From Chiloscyllium plagiosum (taxonomy: Eukaryota), in assembly GCF_004010195.1 (NCBI RefSeq), contig NC_057759.1, positions 5,609,725-5,673,724 on the forward strand: a stretch of DNA of 64,000 nt, in the 5' to 3' direction. Positions 50,690 through 64,000 of the stretch are shown here, piece by piece (the first letter of the stretch is position 1; every line of letters starts with the position of its first letter). The position numbers and the translations under genes were made by a program. Under the pieces are notes generated by a model. That model did no database searches. It was not told the origin of the DNA and saw nothing but the letters and a program-made list of their open reading frames with translations.

Positions 50690-52230
50690 CCAACCTGTTA
50701 TTCTTACAGATAACTGAGATCTCCTTACAAATTGTTTCTCAATTTCCCTCTGATTATTAGGGGGTCGATTATACAATCCCAATAAGGTGATCATCCCTTT
50801 CTTATTTCTCAGCTGCACCCAAGTAACTTCCCTGGATGTATTTCCGGGAATATCTTCCCTCCGTACCGCTGTAATGCTATCCCTTATCAAAAACGCCACC
50901 CCACTTCCTTCCTTTCTATTCTTCATGTAGTGTTCGTATCCTGGAACGTTAAGCTGCCAGTCCTGTCCATCCCTGAGCCACGTTTCTGTAATTGCTATGA
51001 TATCCCAGTTCCATGTTCCTAAACATGACCTGAGTTCATCTGCATTCCTTGTTAGGCCTCTTGCATTGAAGTAAATGCAGTTTAATTTATCAATCCTACC
51101 TTGTTCTCTGCTTTGTCCCTGCCTGCCCTGACTCTTTGACTCGCCTTTGTTCTCAACTGTACCAGTCTCGGATTGAAATATTTCCTCACTATCTCCCTGG
51201 GTTCTACACCCCAACCTTACTAGTTTATATCCTCCCAAACAGTTCTAACAAATCTCCCTGCCAGTGTATTAATCCCCTTCCAATTTAGGTGCAATCTGTC
51301 CTTCTTATACAGGTCACTTCTACCCCAAAATAGCTTCCAATGATCCAAAAATGTGAATCCTCTCCTATATACCAGCTCCTCAGTCATGCATTCATCTGCT
51401 CTATCCCCCTATTCCTGCCCTCACTAGCACGTAGCACTGGGAGTAATCTAGATTTACTACTCTCAAGGACCTCCTTTTTAAATTCCTGCCGAACTCTCTG
51501 TAATTATCCTTCAGAATCTCATCCTTTTCCCTTCCTATATCATTAGTTCCAATGTGTACAATGACCTCCTGCTGGCCCCTCTCCCTCTTGAGAACTTTCT
51601 GTCCCCTCTCTGAGACACCCTTGATGGGAAGCAACACGCCATTCTGATTTTTCGCTGCTGGCCACAAAAACATCTATCTATGACTCAGACTAGAGAGTCC
51701 CTTAATACAATCTATCGCTTGGAACCTGACGTACTTCTCATTACATTCGAGCCAGTCTAAATACCTGAAATGTGCTGTTCATGCTACATTCCCCTGAGAA
51801 TCCATCATCCCTTACGTTTTCCAAAACAGCATACTTGTTTGAAATGGGGATAGCCACAGAAGAGTCCTGCACTACCTTTCCTGGAGTTAACCAATCTATG
51901 TGACTGTATCTGAGACTTTCCCTCCTTCCTATAACTGCCATCCATCGCAACCCTTTGCTCTTGTAATTTCCTCATTGCCCCTCACTGCCTCTCCAACCAT
52001 TCAATATGATAGGATTCGCAACCAATGGCATTTATTGCAGATACAATTCTCAGTAACTCGTAAACTCTCCCTAAACTCCCACATCCAACAAGAAGAACAT
52101 ATCACTCCACTAAGGGCCATTTTTGCTTCTTTCAATCTACAGCCCCAAGAAAATAGCACTGTCTTATTCTTCTACAAAACACTGCTCCAGGTTAAATTAA
52201 TACTTATGGCTTATATTTTAAGGTTAAACA
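50690..52230 (-). mobile_element. CR1 LINE 5' part: ORF1 SGNH-esterase remnant and ORF2 APE N-terminus
   Basis: VIVHIGTNDI (ORF1); LNCIYFNARGL, IIAITETWL, GLYNRPP (APE). Confidence 0.9.
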
Positions 52231-53020
52231 AGAGACATAGCTCAATAAAACATATAACCAAGATTTTAACGGCATTATGGGCAGCACATGGCCTACAGCT
52301 GTTCCAGAAGTTGGCTCACCATGACCTTCTCAAGGGGGCAACAGGAGACAGACAATAAATGCTGGACCCAGTCAGCGGCGTTCTTATCCCAGGATTGAAT
52401 AAACAAAAACAGCTTGGGAATATCATTGCGATTCCCCAGTCACCACAAGGTTTTTAACCTGCCACATGACTGAGAGTAAAATCATTCATTTACTATAAAC
52501 TGGTATTTGCATCCAGTTGCAGATACCACTTTAGCCCGGCCCCCTGACCAGAGATAGGGACACCACCACTGCTTCGCCAGAATCCCTCCAATAGTTGCAT
52601 GTCCCATTAATTCCAACTCTCTGCATGTTTATTTCGACAAAGCGTTAATACTAATATTTATAAGTTTGTCATGGATGGGGTTCCTGGAGCTTGTGGTGAT
52701 GTCATTGGCTGTAATACTAATGGCTGGGAGGATCTGAATACTCAGACCTGATGTTATTGAAGAGGTGAAGCACAGGGGATGGGCCGAGTGGCCTCCAGCT
52801 TCCCCGCTCCCTGATCAGATTGTGAGAGAGCCGGAGGGAGGAGTTATTAACGTGACCCGGGAATGAGCTCCATTGGAGCTTCCTAAAGGGACAATGTCCC
52901 AGCTTGAAACCTTCTCTACCCTTTCCCCGACAGCCCCAGTTCCTTTGGTCAAACTGGGAGAAAAGGGAATTGGGGAAATGACCAATTGATGTTTATTTCT
53001 GGGAATCGTTGGGACAAGCG

Positions 53021-54678
53021 GCGCATGCGCGATGCTGCCCCTCCCCTAACACTGATTGTTCCTGACCAGAGGAGCGCATGCGTGAGGCCCTCCCCCAGCG
53101 CTGCCATTGAGGAGCATTTAGACAATAGACAACAGGTGCAGGAGTAGGCTATTCAGCCCTTTGAGCCTGCACCGCCATTCAATATAATCATGGCTGATCA
53201 TTCCTAATCAGTATCCTGTTCCTGCCTTATCTCCATAACCCTTGATTCCACTATCTTTGAGAGCTCTTTCTTAAATGAATCCAGAAAGTGGGCCTCCACT
53301 GCCCTCTGGGGCAGAGCATTCCACACAGCCACCACTCTCTGGGTGAAGAAGTTTCTCCTGAGCTCTGTCCTAAATGGTCTAACCCGTATTTTTAAGCTGT
53401 GTCCTCTGGTTCGGCACTCACCCATCAGTGGAAAATGTTTCCTACTGCCAGAATGTCCAATCCTTTCATAATCTTATACGTCCCAGTCAGATCCCCTCTC
53501 AATCTTCGAATCTCAAGGGTATACAAGCCCAGTCGNNNNNNNNNNNNNNNNNNNNNNNNNNNNNNNNNNNNNNNNNNNNNNNNNNNNNNNNNNNNNNNNN
53601 NNNNNNNNNNNNNNNNNNNNNNNNNNNNNNNNNNNNNNNNNNNNNNNNNNNNNNNNNNNNNNNNNNNNNNNNNNNNNNNNNNNNNNNNNNNNNNNNNNNN
53701 NNNNNNNNNNNNNNNNNNNNNNNNNNNNNNNNNNNNNNNNNNNNNNNNNNNNNNNNNNNNNNNNNNNNNNNNNNNNNNNNNNNNNNNNNNNNNNNNNNNN
53801 NNNNNNNNNNNNNNNNNNNNNNNNNNNNNNNNNNNNNNNNNNNNNNNNNNNNNNNNNNNNNNNNNNNNNNNNNNNNNNNNNNNNNNNNNNNNNNNNNNNN
53901 NNNNNNNNNNNNNNNNNNNNNNNNNNNNNNNNNNNNNNNNNNNNNNNNNNNNNNNNNNNNNNNNNNNNNNNNNNNNNNNNNNNNNNNNNNNNNNNNNNNN
54001 NNNNNNNNNNNNNNNNNNNNNNNNNNNNNNNNNNNNNNNNNNNNNNNNNNNNNNNNNNNNNNNNNNNNNNNNNNNNNNNNNNNNNNNNNNNNNNNNNNNN
54101 NNNNNNNNNNNNNNNNNNNNNNNNNNNNNNNNNNNNNNNNNNNNNNNNNNNNNNNNNNNNNNNNNNNNNNNNNNNNNNNNNNNNNNNNNNNNNNNNNNNN
54201 NNNNNNNNNNNNNNNNNNNNNNNNNNNNNNNNNNNNNNNNNNNNNNNNNNNNNNNNGCAGGAACTGATCCTGAATCTATCGAACTCTGGAAAATAATCAC
54301 CAAGGCATCCACGATTTCCCGAGCCACCTCCTTCAGTATCCTGGGATGCAGACCATCAGGCCCCGGAGGCTTATCAACCTTCAGACCTAACAGTCTCTCC
54401 AACACCAAATCCTGGCAAATATAAATTCCCTTAAGTTCAGGTCCTTCAGCCACTGTTACCTCAGGGAGATAGCTTGTGTCTTCCCCAGTGAACACAGATC
54501 TGAAGTACCCATTTAATTCAATTCATTTACTCAGTGAGTACAAGAGGTTTGTTTGAAACAGACCACAATGGAGAGATCAGCGCCCAGGGAAACGAGGGAA
54601 CAGCAGGCTCCTTCCAGCAGCACAACGGGATGGGAGCCTGGGACACAGAGGGGGCTCCGAGACCGGGATTGGTTCGGG
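53021..54678 (+). promoter_or_regulatory. Unit 3 NRF1-motif promoter and first exon, split by a LINE
   Basis: GCGCATGCG at 53021 and 53074; exon resumes at 54530; donor GTGAGT at 54679. Confidence 0.55.
53121..54523 (-). mobile_element. CR1-clade LINE (partly gap) with CATTTA TSD
   Basis: PGPDGLHPRILKE, RLRGDL, FFTQRVVAVWNALP; CATTTA at 53115-53120 and 54524-54529. Confidence 0.88.
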
Positions 54679-55275
54679 GTGAGTTCAGGGAGAACTGGGG
54701 GCTGTTTGTAAGAGGCCGAGTGGAGCAGGAACTGGGCCCGGAACTTGGAGTGAGCGGGCTGGGGGGGAAGAGAGAGGCCTTTCTCGGGCTGTGTGTAAGG
54801 GCCTGTACTGCGCTGTATTCTTCTATGTTCTATGTTCTATTCTTGTGGTTTGCAATCCCGAAACACTGGTGGGAGTTCATTGTTTGCCTTCTGTTTCACG
54901 CTGCTTGTTCTGAATAGACATTTAATTGTTGGAAAATAAAGGGCCGTTATCTAAATATGATAATAGTGCCCGTTGTTCTTCCTTCAATAGTTAGTGTGCT
55001 GCGAACTGGACATTGAACTGTGTAACCATTCCATTTGTGGAGCTGTGCTGATGTTGGTTAGCTTTTGCATGTTTGTAATTCTTAAAGAATTTTTAGCAGA
55101 TAAAGTCTGGGAGAGTTCAGGGCTACAATATAACCAGACCTTGCCCTGTTCACCTTGCCCTGTTTAAAAACAAAGAATCATCATGATCATGACCTGAATG
55201 TTGCATTGGTCAGTTGATGTCTTTCTATTCAGCTGATGGTGCTTTACAGGAGATATCGCTCTTGTCTTCCTCCAG

Positions 55276-55357
55276 GCAAATGCCTGATGGACCAAGATAA
55301 TGTTAGACTTCCTCAGTACAAAAACAAGTGTGACCAACTCCTTCTAACAGATAGCAG
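55276..55357 (+). other. 82-nt exon-like cassette, unit 3 copy a (donor GT>CT)
   Basis: tcttgtcttcctccAG|GCAAATGC...ATAGCAG|CTGTGT. Confidence 0.45.
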
Positions 55358-56946
55358 CTGTGTTACTGTTGTCAGATTGGAGAACATTCTTTCCAGTCAA
55401 GAGTGGATTGAGTGAGACTCACATGGACTTCTGGAAACTGAGCTCAAAGAGCCAAACACAACCGATGAAACGTTTTAAAAAATTTCTCCCTATATTCAAT
55501 GCATAACAGCTCGGTTCCAATAAATGCCATTATGCATAGTCAGTTATCATTTGCAACATCAGAAGAGGGATAGATTGTATCCTCATGTGAAATATACATT
55601 CAGGAACTGCATTAATTCCACATGTAGTAAAGGCAATTTTAAAGTTACAATCAACATGAACAAACAAATCATGCTCTGACTGATTTACAATAGTTGCAAA
55701 TATATACACCATCCTGGAATACACATTACAGCATTTAACTGTAATGAAGATCCATATACACTGCAACTATCACATTAATACAGCAAGGATTTATGAAGGA
55801 GGTATTGAATGCAGATATAGAAGGAAACTTTGGCATTCTGAGTAACTGAGAAGGACAAAATTAATCTTTTGATAAATAGAAATCCTATGCAAAGGCACAA
55901 TAATTAAACTGTTTAAATTCCAAATGAACCTCTGAGCCAAAGCCTGACGTTGAGAGAATGCTTACTGCATGTGCATACACATGCACAAAACCCCCACCAT
56001 CTCCACCCCCACCCTCGTGTGTACTTGCATGCATATGCACGCACACACCATTCTCTCACGCGGTTACTGACTGATTTACAATAGTTGCAAATATATACAC
56101 CATCCTGGAATACACATTACAGCATTTAACTGTAATGAAGATCCATATACACTGCAACTATCAGAAAACATTACATCAAATTGATTTCTACTCACAGATG
56201 TCAAATCAAAGATCTACAGCACAGAATAAGTTTCTTCAAATTATTAAGTCTGCACTGATCAAAAACACAGTCTGTAACAACATAACAGTTGACTGATCCT
56301 TTTAACTAGCATTCCATTTCCATGCAAATATCAAGGCAGCAGAGAAGCTATCATACCCATCTGTATCGGAAGATCATTCTCTATTTCATCATTTTTTCTA
56401 TTATCCCATTTGTATTTCAAAATTTGTTCTGATTTTTTATGAAAAGCCCTGCATTCCTCTTGACCCTTCCCTCGGTATGTTAGAAAAAAGCAAGGAATCA
56501 GTATATAGTTTTGTCAAGAAGTCCATGTAATTGGATCGTTACTATTTAAAGCAGTGCAGAAAGAAAGAAAAAGCCAAAATTGGTAGGTTTGTCAAGCTGC
56601 TCAATTGACAGTTCAAATATTCTTCACTGAATGGTGGAAAAGAAAAGTCCTTTTGCTTTCCTATTCCCTACCGTTGAGCAGCACTTCAGTACTGCACTAG
56701 ATCCTGTCCAGATTGGTAAATAAAATAGAATTGGCCAATTCTCTTTCTTGTACAAGGAACACTGGTCGGTCAGCTGCAATGCAGTTGCAGTGTTCACTTA
56801 TTTGCAAATGGGTTCGGTTAATATTGACCATTACTTCATTGGTAAAATATGTCACTGTGCAAAAATTGATAGCATCCTGAAAACCAAACCTTGATATCAC
56901 TATTCCCAGTTACACTCCACACTATAAGAGTTACAAAGGTCCTCAA

Positions 56947-57362
56947 AGTTTGTGAGAAGATTTGTAGCTCGGGTGCTTGTTGCTGTGGTTCTGTTCGCCG
57001 AGCTGGAAGTTTTTGTTGCAAACGTTTCGTCCCCTGTCTAGGTGACATCCTCAGTGCTTGGGAGCCTCCTGTGAAGTGCTTCTGTGGTGTTTCCTCCGGC
57101 ATTTATAGTGGCCTGTCCCTGCCGCTTCCGGTTGTCAGTTTCAGCTGTCCGCTGTAGTGGCCGGTATATTGGGTCCAGGTCTATGTGTTTGTTGATGGAG
57201 TTTGTGGATGAGTGCCAAGCTTCTAGGAATTCCCTGGCTGTTCTTTGTTTCGCATGCCCTATAATGGTAGTGTTGTCCCAGTCAAATTCACGTTGCTTGT
57301 CGTCTGCGTGTGTGGCTACTAGGGATAGTTGGTCGTGTCGTTTCGTGGCTAGTTGATGTCCA
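56947..57362 (-). mobile_element. Penelope-like element 3' end (GIY-YIG C-terminus) with hammerhead motif
   Basis: HQLATKRHD..FDWDNTTII..REFLEAWHS..INKHIDL; absent from the left arm. Confidence 0.85.
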
Positions 57363-60300
57363 TTGCTTTTCTCCCCTTGATTCTGAAGAAAAGCACAGTT
57401 TCTTTTCTGCTGCAATGCGTTGCATTTTCACTTTTCCATGGATCCTATAGGCACTAAAATTAAAGAACATTGGCTGTGGACATTATCGAACTACATGTGC
57501 AGTCCCAGAGATTAACAGATATACAAACACATCCACTTTCACTGACAGGAGCTGACTCCAGTGGCAATGGATAATACCTCATTCATGTCAAATAGCAGAA
57601 GTTTGAACAATGAATTATACTTGCAGTTACTAAAAGTGACATGTTTCAATTTAGATGGCACCGAAGAACTGTGAAACACAATAACCAAGAATAAGGAGCT
57701 CATTGATATCTAGTATCAGAGAGCGAATGAATCCCATTCCCACACTGAGCCTGGTGCTGATGAACACACACTTTCTCCACACTCACTTTCTGGTTGAAGG
57801 CCTGAGTAATGCAGAAGCATTTCTGTATTTTTTTAATGTATAAAACACTGATTTATAAGGCATTAAATTCACCTCCTAATGTGTATCAGATCATGACATG
57901 CAAAATTGGAAACACAAGGAGACATACAGAATATGTCAGTGTGATATAGATCAGTGCGACTCCTTTCAAGTGATACAGATTGGCAGCACAACAGAAAACT
58001 CACTCTACCTCAAGCAGTTAATGGGTGACAGGAAAGAAAATGAAATTTAGGCCCAGGTATTTCCAAATATGGACAACTATAAATTGACTCACCAAACCAT
58101 TAATTGCTTCAGTTAGTGTGAGATGTTATATCTTACAGAACCATTAATTGCTTCAGTTAGTGTGAGATGTTATATCTTACAGTGTCCAGCAGCAACTGAT
58201 AAAGACTATTGTGTACACAAAACGTTAAAAAACAGTCTGAACGCAATAAAATTCAGATTCATGGCAAGGATAACTATTGAACCAACATTCTTCCCTCAAT
58301 CACAAATGGTTAGTGAATATTGATCGAGTTTATCCTACACTCAGACCAAACAAATACAGCTGAACATGGAAAGAGAATGAGATCCACATACTCTATCTGA
58401 CACTGTTGCCCACAGAACAAAACTGACTCTATAGTTATTCAAAGACAGATAACAGCAGAAATAATCTCAGATTAGCATTTACGTAGAGATACTGGCAGTG
58501 AGTGGATAAAGTTCAGAATCCCAACAGTTAGTGGAAACTAGTATGGAGAACAGGTGAAGAACAGAATGTCCCAGTGTGGACACAATGGGCTGAATAGCCA
58601 ATTCTGTGACTCTCATAAATCACAAAATGCAGAAGACATTCAGGCCCAATCACCACATCCGAAAATCTACTATCGCAGAATCAATCACAGTCACAGAGAA
58701 TTCTTCTTTCGAAATTTATTCACGGGATGACGGCATCACTGGCTAGGCTAGCATTTATTGCCCATTCCTAACTGCCCAGGGGGTAGTTATGTGTCAGCCA
58801 CATTGTTGTGGATCTGGAGATACACGTAGGCCAGACCAGTTAAGGATGATAGTTTCCTTCCTTAAAGGACATTAGTGAACCAGTTGGGGTTTTCGACAAA
58901 CAACAATAGATTCGTTGTCATTATTCAACTCTAAGAATATTATTGGTTGCCAGCGAATTACGCAACTTTGATACATAAGAGTCGAAAGTGACTGGTACTG
59001 ATTGAGAGCAGTCACACAGCAGAAACTGACAAGGTTAGATCAATTCCTGAACTCTCAAGTGGACACCACAGAAACTGACAGGCATAGATTGATAGTTGCT
59101 CTCGCATATTCACTCTGCAGAAGCTGAAAGGGAGAACATGATACTTAAACTTACACCCCAAACCACACACACACACACCTCAAACACTGGCAGGTACAGT
59201 CTGATAAATGTATTTGCACAATTGTAAACCAGACGCTGACATATACAGATTCATAACTACATCCTGAGATATACAGAGCAGAATATAACAGGGACAGATT
59301 GGTTAATCACACTCGTGCACATGACAGGACATTTCAGAGGAAAACTGATAACTACATTCTCATTCACAAGTAGAAACTGACAGGAACAAATTGATAAAAT
59401 TCACTGTTTCAAATCACTTAAATTGACATGTACAGCTTGAAAATGACACACATTCACAGGAGAAACTGACAGGTAGAGATTAATAACAAGAGAAATCACA
59501 GTTACATTTGAGGTCTGGTGACCCTTCCTCAGAACTGATTGTGTGCATTTTCCTAGCTGCTATGTGGTCTTCTCTATTCTGAGGAAACTGAGTGTAGATT
59601 GGGTGTCCACTTTGCCGTAAACTTACATTCTGTCCAGAAAAAAAGTACCTGAGCTTCCAGTTGCCTGCCACTTCAACACACCATCCTGTTCCCTGGCCAA
59701 CATCTCTGTCTTAGGCTTGCTGCAGTGCTCCAGTGAAGCTCAGTGTAAGCTGGAAGAACAGCACCTCATTTTCTGCTTGGGAACTTGACAGCCTTCTGGA
59801 CTCAATATTGTGTTCTACAACTTTAGGGCAACAGCTCTCCCGTGTCATTACCTGAAAGCTCACACACCAGCCCTTGTTATCACTTAGTATGCTATTATAC
59901 ACCAACAGTCATTGACAATCTCTATTAACAGCTATTCATCCTCCTCATCTGACCGTGACCCACTCGTTTGTCTGTACAACTGTTCTCCCCTCTCTTTGGA
60001 TTCTATCTCCATATGTCATTTACTCCTTACCCTTCAACACACACTGTCTTCTGCAGAAAAGGAATAATTTCCTGGCTACAGTCCTCAGGAAGGGTTATTG
60101 TACTGGAAATTTTAACTCTGATCAAACTCCACAGACTCTGTCAGACCTGCTAAGCTTTTCCAGCAATTTATTTTTGTATTTGATTTGCAGCACTTGCAGT
60201 TCTTTTGATTTTTATTTAGAGATCAATAACTATATTATCATATTCACAGAGCAGAAACTGCCAGGGATAATTGGTAACCACATTCACATGCTCACAAAAG

Positions 60301-61517
60301 AAATTCTGTCATGCAAACATTGATAAATACACTCAGATTTACATTACAGAGCCTAACTGGGAAGGATTCTTAACTAAACTTAACTAAACCTTCACAAAGC
60401 AAAATCTGACAGGGACTGTTAGGAACTAAATTCTCACTTTCACATAGCAGAAACTGGCAGGTTTAGATTGACAATTACCTAAACACATTCACCAAGCAGA
60501 TTTCTTCAGGAGGCTAAGGAAATTCAGCATGTCCACAAAGACACTTCCAACTTTTTATAGATGCACCACAGAAAGCATCGTATCTGGATGTATCACAGCA
60601 TGGTATGGCTACTGTGCTGCCCAAGACTGCAAGGAACTACAGAGAGTTTGAACACAGCTCTGTCCATCACAGAAATCAACCATCCAATGACCACATTTAC
60701 ACCTTCCCCCATCTTGGAAAAGTAGCCGACATAATCAAAAACCCATCCGACCCCGGTTATATTTTCCTCCACCCTCTTCTGTCAGGGAGAAGTTTGAATA
60801 CACCATCCAACTGGTTCAAGAACAGCTTCCCACCTGTCATCAGACTTTTGAATGGACCACTCAAATTTGAATGTTCATGTCTCTCTTTCTGCAGCATTAA
60901 CACTGTATTCCGAATTCTGTTCTATTACCCTGATGCACTTTGTATGATATGATCTGCCTGTAAAGCGCACAGAACATACTTTTCATTACAACTCGTGCAT
61001 GTGACAATAACAAATCAGATCAAGTCAAATAGCCTCATTCACAAAGCAGAATCTGAGAGTTGATAACTACAGTCACACAAACTGACAGGAAAAGATGAAT
61101 AAATACACTCAAACACTGACATTACAGAGCCTGACAAGGAAAGATTGAAAACTGAGCTCTCACATTCACAAGACTGAAACTGATAGTGACAGATGAGAAC
61201 TTAGCTCACACATCCACATTGCAGGGATAGATTGACAATTACACAAAACTATTCGGCGAGCAGAAACTGACAGCTACAGATTGGTAACTATATTTAGTCT
61301 GAAAGGTACAGATTGACAATTACACTCTTTCTTTGACAAGGCAGGAACCGACAGGTAGAGAATAATAACTGTACTCCCACATTCACATCGCTGAAACTGA
61401 TGGATTGATTGATACACCCATATTCACAGAGCATAATCTGATGTGTACTGATTATTAACTGTATTTGCATACTGACAGGGTCAGATTCATACCTGCACTC
61501 TCACATTAACATATTAG

Positions 61518-62220
61518 TATTACGACATGGTGGTAAATCTCTCTGCTAATTAAACCAAACACACGGAAAAGCTCACCTCGCCTAATAATCTGTTAAAATA
61601 TTAGTGACAGAGAACTACCCAAATTCCACTATTTAACACCGAAAGTGAACATTAACAACAATTATTTGCAACTCGAAGCTTCCTTTCGCTTGAAGACTTG
61701 TTATCTACCTCCCACTCTTTAACAATATGCTGATCCAATAAAGTCCCTATTAAATTTACAGCAACTTCATTTTCAAAACCAGACAGTGGCTGTCATCCCC
61801 AGTATCGATCTTCCTCTATTTGTAGATCTCCCTGGGGCAACTTCGGTCTTCTGCTGCAAAGATGTTTCATATGAAAATGGTACCTTTGATCGAGGATGTT
61901 GTGAAGAGCAGTCTTTCAAAGGCAGTTCATTTTTTTTTGGCCAATTGTCCAAAATGCCTGATTTTTTTTCTAATACCTGAAGCATTTTGATGATGTCAAA
62001 ACAGTAAAATACAAATTCAATTCGATTTTAGTAGCTTGAGGCATAATTTAAGTGGATTGGTTAAATACGAACTGTTATGGAAACAACTAAGGTATCTTGG
62101 TAACAGCCAAATGTTACATCTTTCAATATTCCAGCACACTCTGACTGCTAGTCAGTCATATGGTAGGTACTTGCCAGCTTTCAGTCTCTCTTAAAGGTAC
62201 AGTACTTCAACTTCATAACA
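61518..62220. mobile_element. Probable solo LTR
   Basis: TATTAC...ATAACA near-inverted termini with near-matching 4-bp flanks TTAG/ATAG; non-coding; interrupts the tandem-repeat region. Confidence 0.45.
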
Positions 62221-62715
62221 ATAGAAACAGATTATTTGATACCAGAGTATCATGATCAGCAAAACCTGGCAGCAGTGTTTGGTATTTGCACTCTGATATT
62301 GATATAGCTAAAACTGACAGGTACAGTCAATATATACATTCACATAGAAGGAACTGAAGGTTTCAAATAATGATTGCATTTTTATAGTCAGACAGCCGGA
62401 ACTGACAGGTATAGATAGATAAGTAAACTCTCAAATCCAGACATGCACTTGCATCATGTAGTCCCATTTGTGGCACTGTAGAGGTATTGGTTAGGATCAG
62501 GGTCTCAGTGAATTGGGTTCTGTTTTTTGTTACAATGACCAGGCAAAGAGCAGCTGAGGCCAAGTATAGAATCAGCTCTGTGGTTCTGTTGGAATTACTG
62601 GCTTGAAAGAAAAACAGCCTAATGATTATTAAATAAATATTACATTGAAAGGTTTGATACTGTCAAACTCAGGTAATGTTGAGTTATAGGAGATATCTCT
62701 TCTCTCTTCCTTCAG

Positions 62716-62797
62716 ACAAGTACTTGAAGGACCAAGAGAATGTAATATTATCTCGGTATGAAGCCAAGTGTGATCAGTTCCTTCTGACAAACAGCAG
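62716..62797 (+). other. 82-nt exon-like cassette, unit 3 copy b
   Basis: tctcttctctcttccttcAG|ACAAGTAC...AACAGCAG|GTAAGT (consensus donor). Confidence 0.55.
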
Positions 62798-62906
62798 GTA
62801 AGTTACCATTCTCCAACTGAAGAGTAGCCTTTCCGTAGTCACAGAGCAGATTGAATTGAGCTCATTTTCCAGAGAGGAATTTTCAAACCAAGAATCAAAT
62901 ACTACC

Positions 62907-63195
62907 ACGGCGGCACAGTGGTTAGCACTGCTGCCTCACAACGCCAGAGACCCGGGTTCAATTGCTACCTCAGGCGACTGACTGTGCGGAGTTTGCACAT
63001 TCTCCCAGGTCTGCGTGGGTTTCCTCCGGGTGCTCTGGTTTCCTCCCACAGTCCAAAAATGTGCAGGTTAGGTGAATTGGCCATGCTAAATTGCCCGTAG
63101 TGTTAGGTGCAGGGGTAAACGTAGGGGAGTAGGTCTGGGTGGGAGCGCTTCGGCGGGGCTGTTTCCACACTGTAAGTAATCTAATCTAATCTAAA
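62907..63195 (+). mobile_element. HE1-like SINE
   Basis: Matches 24751-25085; (AATCT)n tail. Confidence 0.88.
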
Positions 63196-63284
63196 ACTAC
63201 CAAGCAATTACAATTTTTTTAAATCTCTCTCTCTATTCTCAATGCACATCACCCCAATTCCAATAAATTTTATCATTCACAGCC

Positions 63285-64000
63285 AGAGTCACAGATGTTC
63301 AACACAGAAACAGACCCTTCAGTCCGAATTATCTATGCCAACCAGATATCCTAAACTAACCTGGTCCCATTTGCCAGCACTTGGCCCATATCCCTCTAAA
63401 CCCATCCTATTCAAATGCCCATCTAGATGCCTTTTAAATTTTGTAATTAACCCAGCCTCCACCACTTCCGCTGGCAGCTCATTCCATACACACACCAGCT
63501 TACATATGAAAAGGTTGCCCCTTCGCCACCCTCCAGTCTTCCAGCACCTCACCCGTTCCTATCGATGATACAAATATCTCAGCAAGGGGCCCAGCAATCA
63601 CTTCCCTAGCTTTCCACAGAATTCTTGGATGCACCTGAACAGGTCCTGGGGAGTTACCACGCTTGCCTTTTAAGATATCCCACACCAACACCTCAGTAAT
63701 ATGGACATTTCTCAAGATGTCACCATCCATTTCCCCACATTCTGTATTCTCCATGTGCTTCTCCACAATAAACACTGATGTAAGATAGTCATCTTGTATC
63801 TTTCTCATCTTCTGTGGTTCCACAGAAAGGCTATCTTGCAAATCTTTGAGGGGCCCTATTTTCATCCTAGTTATCCTTTTGCCCTTAATGTATTTCTAGA
63901 ATTCCTTTGGATTCTTCTTATCCCTATTTGCCAAAGATATCTCATGACCCCTTTTTGCCTTCTTGATTTCCCTCTTAAGGATACGCCAGCTGCCTTTATA
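63285..64000 (-). mobile_element. CR1 LINE with internal deletion
   Basis: IGPLKD, SPGP..HPRILW joined directly to VWNELP and the 3' tail. Confidence 0.85.

Larger units (their letters stand above)
52750..61480. repeat. Right arm of large inverted segmental duplication (extends to about 62900 beyond an LTR-like insert)
   Basis: Reverse-complement colinear with 4498-12000; 62395-62900 also matches 680-1195. Confidence 0.9.

Overview
Vertebrate genomic DNA, most likely a shark (inferred from HE1-type V-SINEs, CR1 LINEs and Penelope-like elements), with five assembly gaps. The only recognisable protein-coding genes are four dispersed replication-dependent-type histone genes, all on the minus strand. 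H2A has an intact ORF but no 3' stem-loop, H2B is intact, H3 has its 5' end in a gap, and H1 has a 1-nt frameshift and no visible core promoter. No H4 is seen. Interleaved with the histones are three diverged copies of an unrecognised ~8-12 kb gene-like unit (about 560-12000 minus, 29280-36880 minus, 52750-62900 plus). Each unit has an NRF1-motif CpG promoter, a first exon ending in GTGAGT, two paralogous 82-nt exon-like cassettes and a degenerate 47-49 bp tandem repeat. Units 1 and 3 form a large inverted duplication bracketing the histone genes. The window also holds a ~1.35 kb-arm inverted repeat with several duplication-flanked templated insertions, many Penelope-derived minimal hammerhead ribozyme motifs, and a recurrent E2F/CHR-like module near the histone genes. 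All alignments and identities were judged by eye, and repeat boundaries are approximate.
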